Of a stretch of DNA of 64,000 bases, positions 11,825 through 22,695 are shown piece after piece. Origin of the DNA: Sarea resinae (taxonomy: Eukaryota). The DNA lies in contig JAPEUD010000070.1 in NCBI GenBank assembly GCA_026026165.1, positions 1-64,000 of the forward strand, in the 5' to 3' direction. Position 1 is the stretch's first letter. Each line of letters opens with the position of its first letter. The translations under genes were made by a program, and so were the position numbers. Below the pieces are notes generated by a model. The model searched no databases, was not told where the DNA came from, and saw only the letters and a list, made by a program, of their open reading frames with translations.

Positions 11825-14787
11825 ATGCCTCGTATAAACACCATTCATTTGATCGCCACAGTTTTTACCTTATATTTGCGTTTTGTTGTCGCACAAAACG
11901 CCTCAGACATTTACGATCTGTCGTGGATTGATAAATGGGCCGCAATTGGCGATTCGTACGTTTTTCAATTTCATTCCAGTTTCATTTCCTCTCAAGTTGG
12001 GTTTGAGGAAGAATTCCTCAGCCAAAGAGGCGTTTGCCGAGCTATGCTCGAGTCTTGAACTTATCACTGGGCGAGGGAAGGCAGCTAACATCAATTTTGC
12101 TCAGATATGCTGCCGGAATCGGAGCTGGTAATACCATCAACTCGAAAGACTCACGGTATGATGGGGCCTACCCTAATCTCATCAACCTTCAGTTGGGAAA
12201 GGACCCGGACGATGTCGACTTTACTTTTATCGCCCGTTCTGGTGCTAAAACTCTGGAAATAACTGAACAAGCCAACCAGCTCGATAGCGGCCAGCAAATG
12301 ATCACGATCTCTTCTGGCGGAAATGATGTGGGCCTCGTTGATGATCTCAATGACTGCGTTTTCACGTTTAAAGGACCTCTCAGCGGAGATTGTGAAGAGA
12401 CCCTTGCCAACACTCAAGATATTATCGACAGCGACGATTTTTCTTTTGGCTTGGATGGCCTCCTTAATGCGGCAAAAGACAAGCTAGCCCCAGGCGGAAC
12501 CATGTGAGTACAAATGAGCCATATTCTTCCTATCATTCTTCAATGATGCTAAACCAAGAAAGATACTATACCGGCTATGCAAAGTTCTGGGATGCCTCTT
12601 CGAATGACTGCGACAGCATCTCTTGGAATATATGGTCACCACTGTTCACTAGTCAATACCTCACTCAGGCCCGCCGGCAGAAAATGAATGATTTAGTTGA
12701 CAGTGTGAATACCAAGATCGAGGAGGCTGTTCAGCGAGGTGGCGACCAGGTTGTCTTTGTTGATTATGATCCATATGTTGGCTATCTCAACGGCAGGTAT
12801 TGCTTGCCCGGCACTAATGAAGACAAAGGCAATGCGGCCAATAGAAACTTGCTTTTCTTCTACGAAATGAAAACTAGCGACACGCCTCTGCTTGAAAGTG
12901 GCGAGGACCCTTGGAAGGAGGAATTGAGGCGTCGTGACACTGGCAGCGGAGGACTTCCTGCAAATGCGACAATAGATGGGGAAATCGGATCCTGGATTTT
13001 GCAAACTTTGCAGCAGAATCCGGATGCTCAACTCAACAACGACGTCGTCAATGCCGCAAATCAACTCGAGCGTGACCGCCGAAAGAGAGTCTATCAAATC
13101 CAAGAGACGCAAAGAACGCAGAACGCCGAAATGGGTACCGCGGGGCATTAGCAGAGACTCGTCGAAGTGGCATTGGAATGAAACCAATCTGGCAAATGCT
13201 CAATCTGAAAGTTCAACCCTCGTCACCGCATCTGCAAGCGTGGGATCTACTGGCTTCAACTCTGTGGGCACTGCAGTCGGATCTTTATTTCTCCCAATAG
13301 TATCGAAGCCTTCTATGCTTGGAACCTCGATTCTCTCAGTAGTGCCGCCCGTTGGCACTTCCATAAGTCTCCAGACATCAGTACCGTACATGATCAACCC
13401 TACCAACGCTACCTCTAACGGAACCATGGGATTGAATGGCAACGGCATATACAATGGAACCTCGCACTGGAACAGTATAGATGCGAATAGAACGCTGGGG
13501 ACGAACGGGACAAATGACCTCAATTTGACCTCTCTCCTAGATAACAACCACAGCAATTCACACTTTAGAGGCAAAGAGGACGCAAAAGTCCTTAGCTACT
13601 TCATCCCAGACAGCATTTCTCGAGTATTCCATCCTCAGCAAGGAGGTCACATAGTGATTGCAAATCTGGTCATGTATGCAATGGCCGCGAGAAACGCCGC
13701 CTTGCTCAATCTTCCTGTGGCGCCACAGAATGCTACCAGCACCGACCAGAGTTGTCCGCTGCCACCATCTCCGGCCTGCGATGGTACTTCAACAGACACG
13801 TGGACTGCCAGAGACGCTGCTGTATCTGCGGTCACACAATTCTGCAACAAGTCGGTCAATAACCTGGGAAGTGCTGGAAAAGTGACGTCCGGAACGTTCA
13901 ACCCAAATTCTCTCGACCACATGAGCATCTCAATCAAATGGGACGATGACTATGCAATTGGTCAGGGCGAATGTAACATGTGGTTCGACTCACTCATTGA
14001 CAGTTGCGATGTCCCGAACGGCAATTCCAATCCTCTGAACCTAAAGCACGGCGGCAGTATTGGATTTGCCACCAACGCTACCCTCAGTATCGAGCCTCTA
14101 GTCGTCCGACAGGAGTGGAACAAGGGTCGAGCAACCGCTCATCAGTGCAATGGAATCAACAATAACAACTACATAGACCAAGCCACTCTTGCAGGAAACA
14201 TCCAGGCGTATTGCCAGTCATCTGCAAGTAAAATACTTGCCAACGCCAGTTCCACCTTCACGCAGGATTTCAACGCCAATACCCCAGACCACGTCACCTT
14301 GACGACTAAATGGCCAGCCGGCCCCCTCAGCTTCCAAATCTTCCAGGACGAATGCAATTACTACATGTCTACCATCATGGACGGCTGCGATGTGCCGAGC
14401 GTGAGCACGAACGTAATGAATTTCAAGCACGGCGGCAGCATGAAAGACAACAACGGCATCTCATATCAAATCGTACCCAACGTCGCCCGCGCACCGGCCC
14501 CAGCCCAAGCCATCGGCAACTGCAACTCGTGGTGGAAGCCCGTTTGGCAGACGTTCGACGTCTACGGAGGCGGTTGGGCGGACAGCGATTTCGGCAAATC
14601 TTTGCAGAAGCAGATCCAGGGATGCGGTTTGATGAGCAAATGGAAGTTTCAGTACTTTGATGAGCCCCACCCTGACGGCACCGAGTGGCATGCTTCCGGC
14701 CGTCTGCCCATTTGGACGAGGAAATGTGTTGGCCGAGCCATTACTTCTGCTGGAGGGTTTACTGGCGGCTGCAAAGGCAATGGATGA
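11825..14787 (+). pseudogene. Secreted SGNH/GDSL (SEST-like) hydrolase with C-terminal Cys-rich modules; apparent frameshift near 13055
   Basis: Signal peptide; block I AIGDS|YAAGIG (intron 11956-12104); block III ITISSGGNDV; intron 12504-12562; YYTGYAKFW. Block V RVFHP lies in another frame (12976-14787) and the first frame stops at 13151. Confidence 0.75.
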
Positions 14788-15345
14788 GATTTCGGCACTC
14801 TGTCCACTTCGGCTAAAGCATCAACGGCTTGCTAGACCCTAGGTCGTGTCAAGCTGACAAAAGACTTTCATATTGCCCTGGTGGATATATCGACTGGGAT
14901 GGCATATGTAGAGCTATTATCCACAGGGAAGAGTCACTTCATATTCTTCAAAGGGGGGGCCCGTAATGAGGCCTCAGGAGCGATTGCTTCACAACAGGAT
15001 CAATCCTTGGTCCATCCGGCTTCAACTTCATTATCGCGCGCCACGTCTGCACGATCATCCTTATGTACCAAAAGCCAGTCGCAGCCTGACATTCACATTG
15101 GCCAGCCATCAAGCCATCCTAAGTCGCGATCAAAGACAAGAGACACAGTCTCCAGACCAAGTGGGGGACAGCCTGTCAGCCATCTATCTAGCAAACCTTG
15201 CCGAATAAAAAAAAACAAAAACCGAGATGAGGATGAGACCCCGCTTTGCCCGTTTTTCTCTAGCTATACATAGATAATCTCCTTTTCAAGATTAATGTGT
15301 ATATAATGTACAGAAAGGCTTCAGATATCTCTGCTAATCCTCAAC

Positions 15346-15370
15346 CGCTAGCTAGCTAGCTAGCTAGCTA
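15346..15370. repeat. (GCTA)n microsatellite
   Basis: Tandem GCTA units. Confidence 0.85.
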
Positions 15371-16332
15371 CTAACTAATGAATCTCATCGATCAGACGGT
15401 CTTGTATTCGTTTTCTGTATTTTCTTTCTTCTATCTCTATATACCGTTCCTCAGCGTACGGAAATACTAGACCATCTTCTTCTTCTTCTTGACCTCTTTC
15501 TTTCTTTACTTTCCCCTCCCCCCCCCCCTCTCCCCCTCTCCCTCTCCCTCTCTTTATATAGAGAACTATAAATCAAGCCCTCAGACACATTCTTTTGCAA
15601 ATGCAAGAATCGCAACACTGGAATCTTTTGTCCTATAATAGAACACGATCTGCCTCCTATTTAAACTTCAGCAACCCCGCCACTCCCAACCCCTACCAAC
15701 CACTTCTGGCCCCGAGAAATCGGAAATCGAAAACCCTCATCCCTTTCGTTCTCGCGCGTAGTCGTCGGATTTGGGGGAAAAGGGGAAACGCGGACGATCG
15801 AGAATTACAGGGAAGAGGAATAATTTAGCCACGGAGGGGTCTGCGGGAGGTGTTGTGTGGGGTGGGGTGGTTAGTTCGAGTACGACAGGCGATGGGGAAT
15901 ATGGGGAGATGTCTTTGGTCAAGTATTTCTATGGTCATGCCCACGGACATCATTAGCTCTTGGTATGAGGGTCGCTCCGCTTTACGGGACCCTTTCGCGG
16001 ACTCTCTCAAACCACCAATCCCCCTCCTCCCCCCTAATTCGAACAAGATGGGGTAAACCCTGCGGAATCCTTGAACGGATTGAATTAAGATGGGAAATCA
16101 TTTGAGGGAGGCGTTTCGAACGACATGGTCTGATTCGACGTGTGAACTCACTGGTTGTCAGCCGAGGCGAACTATCAAGTCTTACGAGGACAAAGCAAGC
16201 TAAGCATGACGGGAGCTTTTCAGCGGCCTCTCAAACACTCCTTTCCCTTCCCAATTCGAGAGACCGCCTAGCTACACCAGATTCGGCTGCGTTCCCTGCC
16301 ATGAAGACCAAACTTGCCAACACTTGGCAGCT

Positions 16333-17364
16333 TTACAGAGAAACCACGACCTTCTTCGCAGATACGCCCTTCTTTTGAACGTCGAGCGCAGCCTGGATAG
16401 ACTCGAGTCCCTTCCCAACGACCTCTGGATCCGGAGCGGCCATATATTTGTCCTCGGCGAGCGCCTGGGGCAAGAAATCGACGTAGACGGCCGGGCCGAC
16501 CTCATTATCCTTGAGGTCGCTGCCGAAGATCATCTTGGTGCCGATGCCGTCCGGGATCTGGTCGGGCAAAGGCCTGCACGCCGCAATGAACTTGCTCCCA
16601 CTGGTTTTCAGCAGCACGGCTGCACAGGCGTAGAAGGCCTCGTCGTTGGCCACGGCGTCGAAGGCGCCGGCCATGGTTTCGCCTTCGAATGCGCTCGCTA
16701 ACTCGTCGACGATGGTCTGGCTGTGGTAGTCGAAGACGGCGCTCGCGCCGAGTCTCTTCACGTACGCAAAGTTCTGCGCCGAGGCCGTCGTGATCACTTT
16801 GTACCCGGCCGCCACGGCCAGCTGGATGGCATTACTGCCGACGCTGGTCGCGCCGCCCCACACCAGCAGCGCCTTGCCCGTCGGTGTCGGGACCAGGGAC
16901 GGGTGATGCAGGGCCAGGTAGTCCTTCTGGAACAAGCCACAGGCGGCGGTGGATAGGCCGAGCGGGAGCACGGCGGCGCGCTCATAGGACAGGTGCTGCG
17001 GGATGGGTGAGGCCAAGTGGTCGAAGACGGCGGCGTAGGTCTGAAAGCCGCAGCTGGCTGTCTCGTTGGCCACAAACCCGACCGCAAGCCCGAGGACGCG
17101 ATCGCCGGGTGCGAAGCGCGAGACAGCACTGCCGACCGAGACGACTTCGCCCGCGACGTCGTAGCCCAGGATGCATGGGTACGTGATCCAGGCGAAGAGC
17201 GCGTCGCCCATGGTTTGGATGGCCCAGTCGGCTGGGTTGATGGCTACAGCGCCGTTCTTGATGACGATCTCGTTCGCGCGCGGGGTCGGGTACGGTGCCG
17301 GTTTGACTTCCAGGGGATAGGCTTTCTGGGCTGTCAGCCATGCCGCGTTGTTGTTGGGAGGCAT
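16333..17364 (-). CDS. MDR-family enoyl-reductase-like oxidoreductase (CipB/LovC-like)
   Basis: AVAINPADW, PCILGYDVAGEV, VLPLGLSTAACGLF, LVWGGATSVGSNAIQLA, KGVSAKKVVV; likely start MPPNNNAAW at 17364. Confidence 0.92.
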   Translation of the reverse strand: MPPNNNAAWLTAQKAYPLEVKPAPYPTPRANEIVIKNGAVAINPADWAIQTMGDALFAWITYPCILGYDVAGEVVSVGSAVSRFAPGDRVLGLAVGFVANETASCGFQTYAAVFDHLASPIPQHLSYERAAVLPLGLSTAACGLFQKDYLALHHPSLVPTPTGKALLVWGGATSVGSNAIQLAVAAGYKVITTASAQNFAYVKRLGASAVFDYHSQTIVDELASAFEGETMAGAFDAVANDEAFYACAAVLLKTSGSKFIAACRPLPDQIPDGIGTKMIFGSDLKDNEVGPAVYVDFLPQALAEDKYMAAPDPEVVGKGLESIQAALDVQKKGVSAKKVVVSL

Positions 17365-17882
17365 TTCGGAAAGTTGACGAACTGGCGGAGAGAGAGAGAG
17401 AGAGAGAGAGAAAAGATGTGGAACAATGGCACAATCAGTAGGGTCGAAAATGAAGAGAGAGACCTTCTGAAGCAAAGTAAGTCTCGCTCGAAGAATGAAA
17501 GGGAATTCAAGCAACGATCGTAAGATTCAGTCTTCTGCATACATGATATAACGTCCCCTTCGCCCTGTGCCTTTCCATAGTACTCCGCCGATGGGGCGTC
17601 AGACGCGGGTCAGCAAGATGCTTTAACGCCGATTAAATCCGATCCAAACTCCAAACTCCAAACTCCGACTCGCGAATCACTCTTGTGCTGGAAGTCAAGA
17701 TAACGCCGACCATACATGCTCAGGCTCTAACATGACACGACGCAACGACGCAACATCTGTTGTGATTTTCGAGTCTGCGGTTCCCCGTCCATGATGTTCA
17801 ATGATCTACTTGGAGTACGCGTGTGTCGAGTCTTTACTAAGCACGGTCTGATGGATAAGGTAAGCAGGCAATCGTCAATACG

Positions 17883-17935
17883 AACAACACAAACAACACA
17901 AACAACACAAACAACACAAATAGCACAAACAACAC
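17883..17935. repeat. 9-bp tandem repeat (AACAACACA)n
   Basis: About 5-6 units seen. Confidence 0.85.
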
Positions 17936-18759
17936 CACTTCACTTCCAAGCTTGGCATAGCTCACTCCCGCACACTAGACCTTATCGGAATGAGATGACG
18001 TGATCCCCGACCAGATCTGACATGTCCCATAGCATTTTGAGTACCTCATGAAGGAGTTCCAGGCAAGAAGGGCTCTGTGTACCGTGTCCATTATCTTGCA
18101 CCACCGCAACGCCACAGTACAGTATCCAGTACCTCCAGTACCTCCACTGACTGCACCCTACTCTACCTGGGTACCTTGCTCCGGAGTAGTGAGGACCGTA
18201 CCTTACCTAGTTAGTGTTCCGGCTGCAGCCCCTCCCCCCAAAGCAGTTTCGCGTACCAGGAAGGAACTGCCCAGGTAGGCGGATATATAAACAACAGACC
18301 CGACCTCGACCCTCGACCACCTACCATCTCCTCTCCATTTCTTCCTGCTTCCTTTCCATCATCTCAGACGACTGATCCTTGGCTCGACGCCTTCTCAGAT
18401 TGACATTCGTCCGGCAGATCAGCTTCGATCTTTCATTCTGCCCAGCCATCGTCCTTGTGCGCTACAAGAGTGGCCTGCTGTAAGGTCCAGTGAATACGCA
18501 AACCTGATCCCACGTGCGCCATCCAAAAAGACATCTATAACCCGGCCCATCCGCGTTATGCCCCTTTGCCTACTATATAGCACATCATTTGGAAGACGAA
18601 CGATCTAACATTAACCTATAGCCGTTAATATTATTTATAAGACCTAGGGGGTTTGAACCCTTTAACTGACTAATAAGTTGAATAGGAGAGTTGTTTTTAT
18701 CCATTAATTTATCATATTGTTCGTGGCCATTTAATAGTCGATCTTATTGTCGCAGTTGT

Positions 18760-19230
18760 GTCTAAAACCCAGTCCAGGCTGTCAGCCATGGCGGAATGTG
18801 CAGATTCTCCAGCCTTCATCGAGACTTGGAGTCGGAGCCCTCGTCCCGCTGCAGACAGCGCAGCGGGATCCGCCCCGTTGTGTTGTTCGCCGGATTGTAT
18901 CCTATGGCGTCTCCTCCCTGACAACTACTACTACTATTACTATTCTTTGATTTCAAGTCGTGCGCGTACGCGATGATGCGATGGCCGGGCGCGGCGATGA
19001 TCTCCTTGGCGCTGGTCCCGATGAACAGAGACGTGACCAGATAGGTTACCGGTGTCAGCAAGGTCTCTCTCGTCGACGACGACGACGATGATGATGATGA
19101 CTGTGGAGCATCTCGTCCAGGTTTCTGAACGGTGTCGACCGAGCGAATGCCCGTGGCAGTCGCCGTCGTCGTCATGGAAGACACGAGATCTTCCATTTCC
19201 GCGGTCAAAGAGCCCGTTTCGTTGAGAAAG
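18760..19230 (-). pseudogene. Possible degenerate highly reducing PKS dehydratase-domain fragment
   Basis: Ordered remnants across two frames: EDLVSSM..SVDTVQ..VTSLFIG..IAAPGHRIIAYA..GLRLQ..LDWVLD. These resemble the C-half of HR-PKS DH domains and are interrupted by SSR expansions. Confidence 0.35.
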
Positions 19231-19974
19231 CGTAATTGCTATAGACATGTATATATTCGTTACTTCACAGAGGACACACACGCACACACACACACAGAGA
19301 GAGAGAGAGAGACCAGGTGGGGGCAAACCCAAGAAAAAAAAAGAAAAAGAAGAAATGTGAACTCGTACTGCCTGCAGGACGCCGAGGTTCATCTTCGCGC
19401 TCGCCGCCACCAACTTGGCCTCTTCCGATGCCACTTGTTGGGGAGCCGCGTCGCCGCCGCTGGCGCTGGATGGATTGATGACCATGATGGATGGGCCACA
19501 GACAGTTGACTCTCTCTCGGAGCGTTCAGGTGTGGGAACAGTGCCGAATTTTGAAATTTTATCGTCGTAAACTGAACTAGAAACGCAAAGAAAATACAGA
19601 AGGGAATGGAGAAAGAGGAAGTCCTATAATAGGGCGCAGTCTTAGACCCTATCACTTTTTGTATATCAATACGTGTAAGAAGGCAGCAAATAGAATCGGG
19701 ATCGGGGTCCGATGTTGCCTATTTCTAGGGGCGGGTGGATGACATGGTAACATTAATGCCCTGCTGAGAGGGCGTGTAGGTGAGCTCAGCCTCGTTACGT
19801 AGACTTTGTACGTAGATGATCACTTTTCGTGGCTTGGAGCGTGGAAGCGGTTGTTTACCTTGCAAAAAGCCAGCGGGCCAGCAATCATCGCAATTTTGAA
19901 AAAAAAACTCTGGTGAGACAGTCAGTCGTCAAGGAAGAAAGTCACAAAGGAGAACGCTTGCATGACATATGGAT

Positions 19975-20355
19975 ATAAGAACCACCTTATTAACTAGACG
20001 TATACTAGAATCTGTTATAGTCCTTCTATCTATTAGATCTCTCTGCTTAATGTGCTAGATACACTATTCACCTACTTACTAGGTAGGTACTTACCTAACC
20101 TTTCTATAACACCTCTCTTCCTTTAATAAAACAATTATTAACCTAATAAGCTATTGCACTTACTTACTACAAGGCTATACTATTGCATAGAATTATATGT
20201 TTTTTTTGTCTCTAGACTACCTCTTAATACCTTCCTTCTTTACCTACCTTACCTTATCTTACTCTCTTTACCTACTTATTTATAATATATAGAGAAGGTA
20301 TTTTGCAGCAAATAGCTAGCTTAGCGCTTTCAAGTGCCCTATACACTATTCTCTC

Positions 20356-20390
<35 letters not shown>

Positions 20391-20480
20391 TCTCTAGAGC
20401 TAGCACAGGCACTATAAGAGTTATCTGTTTAAGAATAATTCACCTCCACCTCCACATTCACCTCCACTTCTACCTCTAAA
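19975..20480. other. AT-rich, TpA-enriched patch (RIP-like relic) with (CT)n tract
   Basis: Dense TA/TAG/CTA words, few CpA/TpG, no ORF, sharp contrast with flanks. Confidence 0.55.
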
Positions 20481-20808
20481 TACACACACATACACTCCAC
20501 TTCCACGAAAACAGACCCTGCACGCCTTAGCCTCAACCTCAGACAATAGAATAGCCAGCCAGCTAGCTAGCCGTCACTCAACTAACTAATCCACCTACCT
20601 ATCTACCTACTCACCTACCTAGCTTCCCACGCACGCACGATGGTGGATTGATTACACCCGGGGGCCTCGGGCTAGGGCTCGGGCGCGGGCTCTACTGACG
20701 TTTCCTGAGATTCCCTGAGAATTCTTTCCTAGAAGGAGGAGAGAGGAGAGAGGGGGAAGGGAAGGGGGAAGGGAAGGCGGGGGTAATGAGATATTACTTG
20801 ATATTGTC

Positions 20809-21025
20809 GGATGTGGATGTGGATGTGGATGTGGATGTGGATGTGGATGTGGATGTTGATGTTGATGTTGTTGTCGCTGATATTGTCATTGCTGTTATTG
20901 TTGATGATGGGCCAGACAGACAGACAGACCAACCAAAAGCTCCAACAAAACGTGCCGAAAAGAGAGCGGGGCGTCTATCGAATTGAATTGAATGGAATGG
21001 AATGGAATGGAATGGAATGGATGGA
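20809..21025. repeat. SSR cluster: (GATGTG)n, (CAGA)n, (GAATG)n
   Basis: Tandem units seen directly. Confidence 0.9.
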
Positions 21026-21376
21026 ACTTGTTTGAACTATGTAGGACGTGGCTACAAGAGGATATATCGCTTTCTTGCCATTCGCTTTCTGCCTCTCCCT
21101 CCCTCTCTCTCTCCTGGCCGGCCTGCCTGCCTGCTGCCTGCCTCTTTCCTGGGACTGTTATTCAGCTCCTGTTCCTGCCCGTCCAAGCCCCGTCAAGTGT
21201 CGTCCCATTCCATTCCATTCCATCCCATCCCGTGCCGTGCCGTGCCGTGCCGCTACGCCTCACTCGGCGACACTACGCCATCCTACCGGGCCCTCTCATG
21301 ATGCCCACCACGATATTCCTCGAACTTCCTGACCTAAACAACGAAAAAGCAACCAAGCCCAGCCAGCCAAGCCAGC

Positions 21377-22128
21377 CTACTGCTTCTTCTTCTGGCCCGA
21401 GGACGACGAGGCGCCGCCCTTGGCCGCGCCTGACGCCGCTCTCTCGGCACCACTGCCGCCGGCACTGCCCGTCCTCCTCGCGCTCGCAGCCTCCTCCTCG
21501 CTCTTGAACCGCGCCAGCTCCTGCTTCTCCTTCTTCTCGGCATACCACTGGCCGGCCTGGAGCACGAGGACGCCGACCAGCACGAGCGCGAGGATGGTAT
21601 TGCTGGCGCTCAGCACGCGCAGGCTGTCCTCGCGGCCGACGACCTGGCCCTCGACGAAAGTGCCCACGGCCGTCTCGCCCTCGACCAGCTCCTGCTCGCC
21701 GTACGAGCCCGCCGACACGACGCGCAGGCCCTTGACGATGTTGGCCACGTACACGGTGATGCCGATGACGTACAGCACCAGCGAGGCGCCGTCGAACAGC
21801 ATGTTGGCCTCGCTGGGCTTGTACAGCTTGATGAAGAAGCCCAGCAGGCCCGTCGCAATCACGATGTGCAGGATGCGCGGGATCAGCGGCGGCGACGCGT
21901 GGATCGTCTTCAGGTGCGTCTCGAGCAGCGCAAAGGACGCTTCGGACGTCGGAGCCGAGGTCCATAGGATCGCGTAGTCGTAGGGAAAGGACGAGTAGAG
22001 GATCCCCAGGAAGAATGCGACGGCTTTGTGCGTGTTAGTTGCTTGTTGGCTAGGATGGGGATATGGGGACGAGGAGACGACGGGGACGTACGGCAGATGA
22101 TTAGGAACGTTGCAAATGATTTCGCCAT
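21377..22128 (-). CDS. SHR3: ER membrane chaperone for amino acid permeases
   Basis: MAKSFATFLIIC|PVAFFLGILYSSFPYDY (intron 22024-22091); KLYKPSEANMLFDGASLVLY; VLSASNTILALVLVGVLVLQAGQWYAE; C-terminal KKKQ. Confidence 0.93.
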
Positions 22129-22695
22129 GGCGGATAGATGGATGGATGAATGAATGCCGGTGAGCGGATGAGTAGATAGATCAGACAATTGCAGTCCGGG
22201 ACTCGCAGACTGGAGTCGTGTGTAGGTCAAGGCCACGGCCGAGCTGAGATGCGTGGCAGGGCACCGCGGTCGATGGGCTCAAGATGCGACGTCGACTGGA
22301 GCTTATCAGATGCGCCTGGACCTGATCGTATGTAACACCTCGTGCAAGCACCGTCAAGTCGCACGCCGTCCGACAATCAAACACCAGATGAAGCTCTGAA
22401 TGTTTCCGTCGAGAACAATAACAGCAATGATGGTCAAAAGTCTGGAACCGTCGGGGGTCAAGGGGGGGTGAAGAGGGCTGAGATCTGGTTAGATTATGTG
22501 GTTGAGGGCCAAGCCGGACTAATAGTACGAGCGGGCTGGGCTGAGATAGGCAGGCAGCTCACGTAGTGCAAGTCCAGTATACCCCCATGGACTGTCTGCT
22601 CACTCCCGAGATATTCACATTGCGTCCATCTCACCGTCACGACTCGTTCCATCCCATCGCATCATGCCCTCCTCCTCCTCCTCCTCCTCCTCCTC

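Noticed and set aside
20729..21335. ORFs with poly-DV, MW, HI and MEWNG repeats
   Set aside because: Translations of microsatellites
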